Shown one piece after another: positions 9,800 to 22,672 of a DNA stretch of 64,000 bases; position 1 is the first letter of the stretch; the number at the start of each line of letters is the position of its first letter. The notes under the pieces were generated by a model. The model was not told the origin of the DNA and did not search any database. It saw only the letters and a list, made by a program, of their open reading frames with translations. The DNA lies in NCBI GenBank assembly GCA_964016885.1, contig OZ024742.1, forward strand, positions 43,586,001-43,650,000. Reading direction: 5' to 3'. A program made the translations under genes and the position numbers. This DNA is from Eledone cirrhosa (taxonomy: Eukaryota).

Positions 9800-12710
9800 A
9801 TGCGCCGAGTGACCAGGAGACCCGCATGGTTAAACGATTTCGTAACATCCTATCAGCTTTCGTCCTCCCGTTCCCCAACACCCTGCCTCATTATGGGGAA
9901 GCTAACTTGTATCTCCCCTCCCCCTCTATCGTTGGATTCAGTCGAAATTAGCCCTGTTCATCCCCTTATTCACCCCACCACTCCAATAACAGCTAGCTTG
10001 TCTTCAACGCCACCTGCTCCCATCCGAGCCCCATTGCCAGAGTTAGTGTTGTTCCGCCTTCTACCTCTAACACTAACCTACCCTCACCGTTGTCTCCTCC
10101 CTGTCTGAATCCTAATTCTAATGCTGACCCCTCTGACGTAACTAATTCACCACCAAATTGTGTCCTTTGCACCCGCACAAGTTGATATTTAAAGACCTTC
10201 AAATGTCACAGGAGTGTAACTAATGCCACTTCAGCTCCGACTTATATCGTAGGTCACAACCTTGCTCTGACGTCCAGATCTCTGTTGAAGATTTTGCCAA
10301 TGCGCCTCCTCTCCTCTCTGTAATGACCACAAACACTGGCCTGATCCACCAGGTTATTTACAACCTGTCTTCACCCAAGATAACGCCAGGAAGGCGATTG
10401 TATCCTTTCCCGCGGGTTCTGGTGAAGAGATTGATAGTCTACGACCTCATCATCTCAGGGATGGTATGTTATCTCCTTGTCAGCCGGGGATACTGGCCTT
10501 GAGCCCTTTGAGAACCCAACCCAGTTTCTTAACTTGTTCTCGCACGAGAGTGCCTTCCCTTACATTCGCCCCCTGTTCTTTCGGGCTAAACTATGTGGTC
10601 TCACAAAGCCCAATGGTGACCTCCTCCCCATAGCAGTTGGGTGTACTCTGCGATGGTTCATAGCGAAAGTGTGTCTGTCCTCCGAATTTCCTCCTATTCA
10701 GCTATGGGTGGGTACCAAGCTGGGTGGTGAGGATGCCGCTCACGCCACCAGAACTTTTACCAACTTGTATTCTGAGACCCTAAAGGTTATCCTCCAACAA
10801 GATCTCAGGAGTGCTTTCAATTCCATCAGTCGGGATGTCATTCTTCGTTCAGTAAAAGAGAAGGTCCCATAGCTTTGACACTTTTCTTGACAAGCCTATC
10901 AGGAGCCCTCCTACCTTTTCTTCGCTGACTATTTCACCCTATCAAGGTGACCCGCTCGGACCTGCTCTTTTCGCTCTGGGTATAGATGATGTCACCAAGA
11001 TGGAAGCTGACCTGGATTTGAATGCCTGGTATCTGGATGATGGTTGTTTGAGGTGTCCTCCAGATAGGGTCCTTGCAACCGCGAAGACCATGATTGAGGA
11101 ACTGGGACGTAGGGGCCTTCACATCAACAGTTACAAATGCGAGTTCTGACCACACAACCACCCAGCTACACATCAGCAGACTGTAAACGTGTTTACAGAG
11201 TCCTTCCCTTCTATCACGGTTCCTCCCTCATCAGTGTGGTTCCCCCTTGGAGCCCCAATTACTAACCAAGCCTTGGAGCCCGTCTTTCGATCTAGTTGGC
11301 TAACTACGAACAACTTTTAAAAAACCCTCGAGACTATTGAGTCTCACCAAGGTTTCCTTTTATGCCTAGGAATTACTTGTCGATTCTTAAGTTGTATTTT
11401 CCCTCTTACAAATTCTCATCGTCTCTCCAACGCTTTGCTACTTAATCTTCAGTGAATTGGAGGGCTTGGTCAATGTTACACTCTCTCCAGAGTTCCGCGA
11501 CTAGGCTGCCTTGCTCAAACGGTTTGGAGGTCTCAGTGTGCGTAAATGCTCGTCTCTGTGTCTACTTTGTTTTCTTTCCTCCATCCACGCTTGCTCCCCT
11601 TTAATAGTTGACATCCTCTCCTTTCCAACATGGACTAGTTCCACCAGGGTGATAGATAAAGCTTTACTACAGTGGAGAGAGCTGGGTTTGTCAGTTCCTG
11701 GTGCCGACGAGGATGGACGGAAGCAGAGAGTATGGGATAATCTGTGTTCGAACGACACCTTCAACCCTCTCTTTGACCAATCTGATCAATTTTCAAGGTG
11801 TTGCTTACTTTCTGCAAGCGCAAAATTCCTAGGGGTCTGGGTTGATGCCCTACCTGAGGCCAACAATTGTGGTCTTCTAAGTCTGGACGAGTTCCGTATC
11901 TCCATTGTATTCCGAATGAGGCGGTGTTTGTTGGGGTCTGAGGTGTCACTGTGGTAGGCGCCCTCGATTCCACAGGCCTCCATGGTTTTTCTTGCCGCCT
12001 GAATACTGTTTACTTCGCCCGTCACATCGAGCTAAACCTGGTCATTAAGTGGGCCCTAGCTCGGGTAAATTATCCCCTCAGCTCTGGAGCCGGTTGGATT
12101 ATCCAGAATTGATAAGAAGAGACCAGATGATCGTAAACTTTGTCCCTGGGTAAGAGGCAGATGTCTCATTTGGGACGCCTTAGTCAATGATACTTTTGCT
12201 CCCTCCCACACCATGTGGTAAATATGAGGACCACTGCTTCTGTTACCGAACGGAATAAAATTCTAAAATACCAGCAACTATCAAATGACTATTTTTTCCC
12301 CAGCCTGTGGCTTCCGAGAGGTTTGGTAAAACTGGGCCCCTGACAACGAATTTCTTGTCATCGTTAGCTGCTCGCCATACCGAGTTTTCGGGTGATGCCC
12401 GTGAGCGTGCCTGTTTTTATTTTTATTTTTTTCAGCGTCTTAGCCCCGCCATCACCCGTAGTAATGCTGCAAGCGTGTTGGCTCGCCTCAAAAATCTCCG
12501 TTGACCCTTGTGGTGTGCAGCCGATTGTCGCATTTGGTGGTTATGTTTGTTCGTTTTTTTCTCTCGTTTTGATCTTATATGTGCATTATATCTGTGAGGT
12601 TCCTAGCAATAATTAATTGTATTGTATTTATATTTTCATTCTGTAAGAGTTATAAACAATTTGTAATGTTATTTACTCCCAACATAACTCAGAAGGAAAA
12701 AATAATAAAA
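9800..12710 (+). mobile_element. Decayed CRE-clade non-LTR retrotransposon (RT plus restriction-like endonuclease)
   Basis: IDSLRPHHL, PIAVGCTLRWFIAK, QLWVGTKLGGEDAAHATR, DLRSAFNSISR, QGDPLGPALF, AWYLDDG, CHC...LHGFSC, RPDDRKLCPWVRGRCLIWDALVNDTFAPSH, FQRLSPAITRSNAASVL; many stops and frameshifts; ends approximate. Confidence 0.82.
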
Positions 12711-13071
12711 TTATATAAACAGTTTTCCTGTCTTAAAAAATAAAGAATATGTGTGTGTGTGTGCATACACATATACATACATACAAATACATATATATAC
12801 ACACACACATATATAGTGAAAGGCATAGATATAGAGATAATAAAAGATATGTATACATATATATTTGAATGTGTATGTATTTACCTCTACAAAGCTGACA
12901 ATTACTTCTCTGTAACATAAGGACAGTGTCTGAACGCGGAGTATATGTGAGTGTGTATATGTGGATCTATCTTTATATATATACATGTGTGTGTGTGTGA
13001 AACTATTTAGTAGCCACACACAGACACATAGAGCCTTATACGTAGTTTATGTAATATACATATGTATGTAT

Positions 13072-13129
<58 letters not shown>

Positions 13130-13574
13130 ATGTGTTTTGTTTTTGTGTGGATATGAGGAAATTAAAAGAGAGACCAAAGTCCACTTAAAAAAGGTATTAA
13201 ACCTGTGTTAAAGATATGTATCCTCGCGGGAACCCTTTTACAACCTCTCTATCCCCCCCCCCACACACACATACATTATTATCTCACACACACATGCAGG
13301 TGTGATTGTGTGTGTGTGTGTGAAACTGCAAATAAATGCTTAAGTCAACACACACCGGTTCATAGAAAATATAGTTGCAGTGTGAACTGTCAAAGTTGAT
13401 AGTTACAAACACACACATAAAAGCATGCAAGTGGTTGACGGCCAAGGGAAAAGAGTACTCAATAACGAAGTAGAGTTTAAATTTTCATTTTATTAAGACT
13501 AAATAGCAAATCATGTTACTATTAAACTCCAGAGTAACAAAACTCACTATTTAGCCTTAATAAAATGAATGATC

Positions 13575-13920
13575 GTTGTCTCTTCCTTCCTGGCACGAGA
13601 TCTCAAATGGCTTTTAAGTCCTGAAAGCCTGTAAAAAACACGTCCACAAATAATACAATGATGTCTCATTTCGTTCTTGTATCCACTTTTGCTTATTGTG
13701 TATGTTCAGATGTCGCTTCAATCCACCATCTGATTTGTAAATTTTCTGACAAACATGGCACTAAAACTGATTCTCTGCAACGAAGTTTAACTAATCAACT
13801 TGGACTTTACCATTGAGTAGATGTAACTTTTGCCAGAGCAAGAATCTCAGTGTCTGGAACGAATGTTCCAGCCTATTTTAAGTATATGCCAGTGGCGTTT
13901 TTGGTGAAACTGCTGAGCAT
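13575..13920 (-). mobile_element. Internally deleted relic of a C2H2-tailed RTE LINE
   Basis: Minus-strand pieces QQFHQKR..HILKIGW and FVPDTEILALA (RTE post-RT region), then CHVCQKIYKSDGGLKRHLNIH and CIICGRVFYRLSGLKSHLRS. Confidence 0.7.
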
Positions 13921-14074
13921 CAGACACCATGCTTTGCAGCACAGAGTTATGGCCCTTTACGTTCTGAGTTCAAATCCGCCATGGTTAACTTTGCCTTTTG
14001 TCCTTACGGGGTCGATAAAATAAAGTATCAGTAATGGACTGGGGTAATCGCTGGCCTTGTGCCAAAAGTAGAAG
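13921..14074 (+). mobile_element. Nin/Deu-like SINE, 5'-truncated
   Basis: GAGTTCAAATCC, GGGGTCGATAAAATAAAGTA, CTGGCCTTGTGCCAAAAGTAGAA. Confidence 0.8.
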
Positions 14075-14873
14075 CCTTTTAACATGCCGTGTGTACAACG
14101 TCTGTCTCGGATTAATACAATAGTACGGAGAGTGCAAATAAGACATATACAACAATCTTACTCCAATTTAATGCAACGTTGTGACCAGACTTTAATATCT
14201 AGACAGTTAACTTCAATTTTGGCATCAACTGTTAACTTTAGATTAAACTCCTTGAGTGTTTTAATTAAATCTTTTCTTAGTCTATCCAAGGTAGCTCTAC
14301 TGATGAGACATGAAACAAATAGATTATTATCTGTCTACAGAGCTAGGTTAATCTGGAGTAAATAATTACACAGTGCATCTAAAATGTATAGACCCACTAG
14401 TTCACATATCTTTGTCCCATTATAGTTCCCCACAGTAACGTCAAACAGCTCACCGCTATACAATGCAACCCTAGCTTTTGAGCAATACTGGCAAGCATAT
14501 CATAGGGGGAACATTTCAGCACTGGGTAAAATCTTAGATGCATTTTTTAAAGCAAATAAGTGTTGGTATTTCACCAGAAAGCAGCATACATAGTGAATGA
14601 CATTCTGTGCTTCATGTAAAAACAGAAAGAACCAAGGCTATAAGAGCAGGCCAAAGGAGTTTTACCAGTGCTATTAAGGTTAGACAATAATACTGTGAGA
14701 ATGCACAGTAGGCCTACAAGGTAGGCTATGGCCACTGAAAATGCATACATTTCAACCCCTCTAGACAAATACCTGTGTATAGCGTGACCCCTTATTATTT
14801 GCATTAAAATTTGATCAGAAAAACTCACTATTATTGAGTATGTATGATAATTTTATTTACATGTTTAAAATGG

Positions 14874-15658
14874 ATCATCATCATCATCATCATCATCAGG
14901 TTTAGCGTCCGTGTTCCACGCTTGCATGGGTTTGGACGGGGGTTTTCCCACTTGAGGCAAGAGTGGTTGTCTTGCTCGCATAGGACTGTCTGGCGGGTTT
15001 TCTACAGTTGGATGCCCTTCCTAACACCAACCACATTTACAGTGTGGGGCTGGGAGGTTTTTACCGTGTTGCCTACACGGCCACATTTACAGCGTGGACT
15101 GTGTGTTTTTTGTCGTGACACCTACACGATCTCATTTGTTTCGGCCTGGATGTTGTGGGACCAACATAACTTTACATTGAAAGGGGCGGTGTGGGTGGGG
15201 TGGAGGTGGTGGGACGGGGGTGTGTTTTGATAGAGGTGCCTACTGACTGTAGTAGGTTTTTACTTTGTATTTAGGTAAGGCGGGTCTTCTCTATTACTGA
15301 GTACCGCCAAAGGTCTCGGTCCAGTGACATTGTCTTGGAGAGGTGTAAGCGTGTGAGGTCGGAATTTATCAGCTCGTCTCATGTTTTTCTGGGTCTGCCT
15401 ACTCCGTGGCTACCGTCTATCTTTATTGCCCTGCACTTTGTTATACAGCTGTCGTCTTTCATGCGCATCACGTGACCGTACCAACGTAGCCTTCTCTCGA
15501 GTAAACAACATCTTATCCCTCTTATTTCTAATTTTTTCCTTAGTTCGTTTATGCTTTGCCGTTCGCGTATATTACTATTGCACATCCAGCGGAGCATGCA
15601 AGCTTCGTTCCTCTCTAGTCTGCGTATATCCTCTGCACACAATGCCCAGGTCTCACTG
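14874..15658 (-). mobile_element. RTE family A 3' fragment
   Basis: ORF 15379-15642 nearly identical to the C-terminus of the 52734-56012 protein; 3' UTR and (GAT)n tail. Confidence 0.93.
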
Positions 15659-15954
15659 TGTGCAGATATTAATACAATTAATTTTTGACATAATTTTTTT
15701 TTTTAAGTTGTTCCATGTGATGTTTTTTTTATTATTTTGTATTACTGATAAGATTGAGTCAATATATTAAATAATATTTGGATCTACTTTTCTAAAGTAA
15801 CACATCTCTAGATTTTAGTCATCGTAGATATAATTGATGATTGGGAGAAAGTATTTCAAAGGAAAACGATAAATTATCCTTGTATGGTTTATACAACTTC
15901 TGTATGTAAACTAGTCAGAATGGCAGATAATTGGCATGAAACAGCTGTACACAA

Positions 15955-16265
15955 GCCCGGACAAAGCTGGGTCATGATAATGAAATGTAACCCTCCACAA
16001 AGCTGGTAATGGTCCCACACCAGTTGTGAAATATAAGCCCTTACAAAGTTGGTCAAGGGCTCATGGCAGATGGGAAATGTAGCCCCTTCCCAAGCTGGAA
16101 AAGACCAATGCCAGATGTGAAATATACCCACCCCAAATGTGAAATGTAGGCCTTCCACCAAAGCTGGTAATGTGGACACATCAGATATATATGTGAAGCC
16201 ATGCCAAATGTAGGCCTCTAAAACTGGTAATAGGCCCCTACTAAATGTGAAATGTGTGCCCCCTA
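15955..16265. repeat. Degenerate minisatellite (GTGAAATGTAGGCC...AAAGCTGGTAATG)
   Basis: AAGCTGG and GAAATGT motifs recur five to six times; explains spurious ORF 15889-16509. Confidence 0.6.
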
Positions 16266-16509
16266 CTCCAAACAGCAACCTTAGTGCTTCAGTAATTCGT
16301 GTTAAATACCTCGATGAGTTAGTGGTATAAACCTGTACATGTAGTGTACATGATGCACTTACAAGTAACAGAACAATAAAAGAACCAGAATTTGAAGAAT
16401 GTAGATCCCCAAAAATCTTAGGCACATGCAAACTGGCCTGATTCGTTTGAGGATACTTTACTCCTTTACTCCCACTAGTTTCAGAGGTCCTGAAAAGAAA
16501 CATGGGCAC

Positions 16510-16944
16510 TAGGGCTGTCTTAAGGCATGAGCAAACAAAACAGGGAGGGGAGGGGGTGCAGAGGACACAAGGTCTAGGGGCCCATGTGTATGTAGAGGCT
16601 CCAGCACATTGCTTTGCATGTGAACCCAGTAGGTGTAAGCTGTGGTTGTGTTTGAAGGGGCCCAGTGCATTACTCTGACTGGTGAACCTACAGGGTCTAG
16701 GAGTAAAATGCTAATCTATGTATGTTGTGTATGTAGAGTTTCCATTGCATTGCTTTGCGTGGGGACCTAATACTAATCAATATATACTGCAGTTGTGTAT
16801 GTAGGGGGCCCAGTGTATTGTTTTACCTGGGGAACACACAAGGTCCAGGGCCCAATACTAATCTATATATGATTTGGTTGTGTATGTAGGGTCCACAGTG
16901 CATTGCTTTCCCTAGGGCCCTGTAATGCTGTTAGAATGGTCCTG
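16510..16944. mobile_element. hAT-like non-autonomous element with internal tandem repeats
   Basis: Degenerate termini TAGGGCTGTCTTAA / TTAGAATGGTCCTG; imperfect 8-bp flanks ATGGGCAC / GTGGTCAC; splits a repeat that is contiguous at 38250-38345. Confidence 0.55.
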
Positions 16945-17225
16945 GTGGTCACTCCACTCCCTCCTCACTAAACTTTAAAAAAAAGGATTCAAATAGAGAG
17001 TTATGGTTTAGAAGATATGATTAGTCATTGATAAAAAGATTGACTTCATTCAAGGCAGCTACAAAATTTGACCTGATTTCTTCTGCATAGCAACTGATAA
17101 ATTTAGTTTGCATTTGTGGTGACAGATGTAGATTTTTTATAGTATTTCTTTCAATGTTATCCTAAAATGGGGTGAAACTTAGCTTTCTACTCAATGAAAT
17201 AATGAGCATAATTTAAATCCTTTAA

Positions 17226-17445
17226 CCCTTTAGCATTCACATTACTCCATATATACTATTATATTTTCATGGTAAAGGCTTTATCTTGCATAATTATCTC
17301 ACATAATATCGAATCTATGAGATTTTGAAAGTATTTATTTTGAGAACAATACCTTAATATCAGTTTGAGTGACTAGTTACAGCCAGTTTCAACAGAAAAA
17401 GGTTGAGATTTCTGGCCGGTTTTGGCCGGTTTGAACATTAAAGGG
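17226..17445. mobile_element. piggyBac-type MITE, family 1 (reverse orientation)
   Basis: TTAA flanks, CCCTTTA...TAAAGGG termini. Confidence 0.8.
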
Positions 17446-17639
17446 TTAATTCTTAATGTCTTGTACTGCATGATACCACATTCAAGACATTCTTGAAAAG
17501 TATAAAACAGCATCACATTAAAAATTAAAGTCTTTACTAATACAAATACTAATACTACAAATTATCACAAAATCTGTCCACTAGTGATGATATTACAAAC
17601 ATTGAAATTAACAAATCTGCTTAACACAACATTCATATA

Positions 17640-17985
17640 TATTGGTTTGGTTGACATGAAACATGGCTACTAACAACTGTCACCGGTGAGTGAAACCCTG
17701 TTCTTGCACTGCTTTTCAAACCTTGGGACAATTGTATCAGTATACAGGACTGTCATTTGGCCTTACGAACCCTGTGGCATGTTAATGAGTGACGAGGCAA
17801 ATTATCTCACTGTATAACCTTGATTAGTATTTAAATGACACCGAATGCTGTAACTCTATGGAAGATCACAACAGAAATCTAAAGCATTTTTGTCATATAT
17901 AACTCTATCTAGGAGAAAAATGCTTTTGGCACAAAACAAGCATAAAATTCTTTGGGTATTTTTTGCAAGACTACAGGAAATTCCT
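17640..17985 (+). mobile_element. Highly decayed Ty3/Gypsy-like RT fragment
   Basis: Reads LVDMKHGY*QL, TAFQTLGQLYQYTGLSFGLTN, YLND, MEDHNRNLKHFL and KFFGY across frameshifts. Confidence 0.55.
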
Positions 17986-18452
17986 GATTGGGCTACTAAC
18001 CTGACTAAAACCAACTCTGGTTCTATGAAACAAAATCACCTATTTTAAAGGGTTCATATTTAAACTAAAATCTGCCAACATAATTCTAAATGAGAACCAT
18101 ATGTTAAGTTACTATCTTAGTTCTTAGTAATGAAATATTTAATAATTTTATACAATCCTTAAAAATTCTTCATTAACCCTTTTGATACCAACCTATCCAA
18201 AACCAGCTCCAGTTCTATGAAACAAAAACCTCCAAGTTTAAAGGATTCCTTTTTAAATCAAACTCTCCCAACACAATTTTATATAAGAACCATATGTTAA
18301 ATTACTATTTTAGTAATGAAATAATTAATAATTTTAGTAATTCCCTGAAACTTCTATAACTAATTGTAAAATGCTTAAACAGTGTAAAATGCTTAAACAT
18401 TCTCACTTCTAAAAATAAATTTCAAAAGAACAATGGACTGTTAGTTTATTAA

Positions 18453-18660
18453 CCTTTAGCATTTAATCCGGCCAGAATTCTCTCACCTCTTTCTGTTCGA
18501 ACTGGTCATAACTGGCCACTTATGCTGATGTTAAGGTATTGTTCTCAAAATAAATAACATCAAAATCTCATAGATTCAATATTGTGTGAGATTTATGTGA
18601 GATAAAGCCTTTACCATGAAAATACTATAGTAAATATAGAGTAATGTAAATGCTAAAGGG
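18453..18660. mobile_element. piggyBac-type MITE, family 1
   Basis: TTAA at 18449-18452 and 18661-18664; matches 461-668. Confidence 0.8.
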
Positions 18661-19009
18661 TTAAAGCAAATAAGTGACATAAAGTAGGACCCTTAAAGCA
18701 ATGTAGCACTTCCCCAATTCTTCAAGAAGTTGTTACTGCCTTCAAAAATATTCAAGTTGACATAGAAATTCCCCAGGTGAAACTTACTGTGGGTGCTTGG
18801 TGGTAGTAACAAATATTGTTAAGGTTCATGAGGGGACAAAGCCTAGGAGCTTGCAGGGACTGGGGTCCAGTCAATTTAAAAAAAAAAAAGATTTTTCCTG
18901 AGGTACTATTACCTGCACCTTAGTGTTCCAATGGTTAAAGGCACTTTGCACTGCAATATGTGTACATGTATATTTATCCATATATATATACTCTAAATAT
19001 ACTATATAT

Positions 19010-21193
19010 AAGGGAAGTGGAGGATAGAAAATTCAAGCATGTTTTGCAGCGTGAGGACTAGAAACAGGATTTGTTCAGGATTGCGAGGCAGTGTGTTAGA
19101 GAAAATTGTGATGTCATTGGAGAGAAGTGTGTCCGGAATGATAAAGGTGAGCTTGCCCTCACAAGTGCTGAGAAGAAAGCCGTGTGGAAGAGCCATTATG
19201 AAAGATGACTAAATAAGGAGAATGCATGGGAGAAAGAGACTCTACCCCAAGTGGACCCTATAGAGGGACCAGCAATACAAGTCAGCAGCAGTGTAGTAAG
19301 TAAGGCAATTAAAGATATGAAGACTGGGAAGGCAACCGGTCCGCTAGGTATAGCTGCAGGGATGCTGAAAGCATCTGGGTCGGTAGGCCACACCATAACC
19401 ACACGTATTGTTAACCAGGTAATACAAGAGGGTGTGATACCAAAGGATTGGCGCAGCAGCATCATTGTCAATTGCTACAAGGGTAAAGGAGATGCTCTAG
19501 ATAGAGAAAACTATAGAGGTATAAAGCTGATAGACCAGGTCATGAAAGTAACGGAAAGAGTTATAGCACAGCTGATTAGGGACCAGGTAAAACTAGATGA
19601 GTTGCAGTTTGGGTTTGTGCCAGGAAAAAGCACCACTGATGCTCGCTTCCTTGTGAGGCAGTTACAGGAAAAGTACCTAGCTAAAAGTAAACCACTCTAC
19701 CTGGCATTCGTCGATCTGGAAAAAGCCTTCGACAGAGTGCCCCATGCTATAATCTGGTGGGCTCTTAGAAAACTAGGAGTAGATGAATGGCTTGTGGAAG
19801 CTATACAGGCCATGTATAGGGAGCAGTCAGCAAAGTTAGGGTTAACAATGACTATAGTGAGGAATTTAGCATACAGGTCGGTATCCACCAGGGCTCTGTT
19901 CTTAGCCCTCTCCTGTTTATTATAGTATTGCAAGGTATAACAGAGGAGTTTAAGACCGGATGACCATGGGAACTTCTGTATTCGGATGATCTTACACTTA
20001 TAGCTGAATCTATGGTGGAACTAAAGAAGAAATTCCAAACATAGAAGCAGGGATTAGAAAGAAGGGGCTCAAAGTCAACCTGTTAAAGACTAAGGTGCTC
20101 GTAAGTAGACGAGAAAATAGATCCCCTCAGGGAAATGGCCTTGCTCAGTATGTAGGAAAGGTGTAGGTAGGAATTCTATCATTTGCCCCAAATGCAAACT
20201 ATGGGTACACAAGAGATGTAGTGGGATCTCAGGAAGCTTAGTTAGGAACAGTAAGCAGCAAACACTACCAAACTCTGGAAGGGCTCGGTAGAAACAGTAG
20301 AGAGCTTCTGCTACCTAGCTGACCAAATTAGCAGTGGAGGTGGGTGTTCTGAAAGTACAGTAGCCAGGGTAAGAATGGGATGGAAGAAGTTCAGGGAGCT
20401 ACTACCCCTGCTAGGTGCAAAAGGTTTTTCCCTCAAAATGAAAAGCAGACTGTATGATGCGTGTATCCGAACAGCAATGTTACATGGTAGTGAGACCTGG
20501 GCGCTGTGCGTAGAAGACTTGTATAGATTAGAAAGAAACGATGCTTACATGTTCCGATGGATGTGTAATAGTAATATACGCGAACGGTAAAGCATAAACA
20601 AACTGAGAGAGAGACTGAACATAAGAGGAATCAAATGCTGTGTGCAGGAGAGGAGGATGTGTTGGTATGGACATGTGATACATACGTATGGAAGATGACG
20701 GCTGCATAAAAAGGTGCAGAGCACTAAAAGTTGATGGAAGCCATGGAGGGGGGGGGGGGGGTCCAAAGAAGACCTGGAACGAGGTGATAAAAATGGACCT
20801 TACCCAATTGCACCTCTCAACAGCGATGACACAGGACCGTGACCTCTGGCGTCACACAGTAATACAGAAGACCCGCCTTCCCACGGAAACAAGCCGAAGC
20901 TGAAGCATATAGACAATATGCCCCGTGTAGGTGTCGTGTAGGTTTCATGACCAAAAAGCACCCAGACCACACTGTAAAGTGGACATGTAGGCGCCACAGA
21001 AAAAAAGCACCTAGCACTCACTGAAAATGAGGTTGGTGTTAGGAAGGGCATCCAGCTGTAGAAATCAAGCCAAAATCAGTTCCCACATGAGCAAGACAAG
21101 GTCAGCCGACCTAACATTGCCCACAACAGGACAATCCGTCTAACCCATGCTAGCGTGGAAGAATCGACGTAAAACGGTGATGATGATGATGAT
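19010..21193 (+). mobile_element. 5'-truncated, degenerate RTE family B LINE
   Basis: ORF 19251-19925 ([24 protein letters not shown]); aligns with 63120-64000 and with 57837-59047; 3' UTR and (GAT)n tail; stops and frameshifts. Confidence 0.93.
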
Positions 21194-21198
21194 AATAT

Positions 21199-21463
21199 AT
21201 CATCATCATCATCACCGTTTTACGTCCGTTCCTCCACGCTAGCATGGGTTAGACGGGTTGTTAGCAGTGTCCGGTCGGCTGACCTTGTCTTGCTCATACG
21301 GGAACTGATTCTGGCTTGATTTCTACAGCTGGATGCCCTTCCTAACACCAACCTCATTTACAGTGAGTGCTGGGTGCTTTTTTTCCGTGGTGCCTACACG
21401 TCCACCTTACAGTGTGGGCTGGGTGCCTTTTTGCTGTGGCACCTCCACGACCACTTTGCAGTG
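21199..21463 (-). mobile_element. RTE family B 3' UTR fragment, tail-to-tail with the previous copy
   Basis: (ATC)n then ACCGTTTTACGTCCG...GGATGCCCTTCCTAACACCAACC, matching 57837-58110. Confidence 0.88.
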
Positions 21464-21491
21464 GAATGATAGGGACCCCAGTCCTATCATC

Positions 21492-21626
21492 TCATTTCTA
21501 CAGCTGAGTAAACTGGAGCAATGTGAAATAAAGTGTCTTGCTCAATGAAACAACACATCACCCCGTCCGAGAATTGAACTCACAACCTTTCGATTGCAAA
21601 CCCAATGCTCTAACCACTAAGCCATG
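21492..21626 (-). mobile_element. tRNA-derived CORE-like SINE
   Basis: Minus strand TGGCTTAGTGG (A box), GAGTTCAATTC (B box), TTGAGCAAGACACTTTATTTCACATTGCTCC. Confidence 0.75.
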
Positions 21627-21809
21627 ATAATCTCCTTATAATATATAACCAGCAATTTCTCTGTCTGTCTGTCCGACAGTGGAAACACATGCGCGCGTGC
21701 AAATGTTTTTTGCGCACGCGACGCATAGAGAGAGAGTGAGAGTGAAAGAAAGAGACAGACTACAAGAGGGGGATAGCGGGAGGGAGAGAGGGGGGAATTG
21801 AGGAGTGCT

Positions 21810-21915
21810 ACAGAAACATATATACATTTCTGTGTGTGTGTAATATATATATATATATACATACACAGAAATATATATATATACACACAGAAATATATAT
21901 ACATTTCTGTGTGTG

Positions 21916-21951
<36 letters not shown>

Positions 21952-22320
21952 ATTATGTAATAAACAACATAAGGCAATTATTCCATTTACCAGTGGTTTC
22001 TTAAAAGCAAAAGGTTTTGCTTTCAATCCTCAGAATGAAAAATCCTGGTTTGTTTATTGAATATGGATTCTAAAAACAAAAATGCAATCTATATGAAAGT
22101 GAGGCTGGAAAAGGGAGGAGGAAAGGAAAAATAAAATAAAACTACACATGCAAACACACACAAAAAAACACAAAAGCATACTTACACACACATACATATA
22201 TACATATATATAAATGTACGCATACACATATACATATACACATACATATATATATATAAAGAGCGTACACCTACACACACATACACATATATACACACAT
22301 ATACACATACATACATTCAT

Positions 22321-22357
<37 letters not shown>

Positions 22358-22379
22358 TACACACACACATATATATACA

Positions 22380-22431
<52 letters not shown>

Positions 22432-22584
22432 CATGTGTGTGTGTACAAGCATACACATACACACACACATATATATACACACATACATACATTCACACAA
22501 ACATACAACGTACATACATACTCATACATGAATGCACTCCACTACATATTCACACACGCAAATATATATACATTTCTGTGTGTG

Positions 22585-22625
<41 letters not shown>

Positions 22626-22641
22626 GAAATATATATATATT

Positions 22642-22672
<31 letters not shown>

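Noticed and set aside
13585-13760. Host C2H2 zinc-finger gene
   Set aside because: Frameshifted, has a stop, lacks TGEKP linkers and is contiguous with RTE post-RT motifs
15889-16509. 206-aa ORF
   Set aside because: Runs through a degenerate minisatellite and a repeat tail; no recognisable domain
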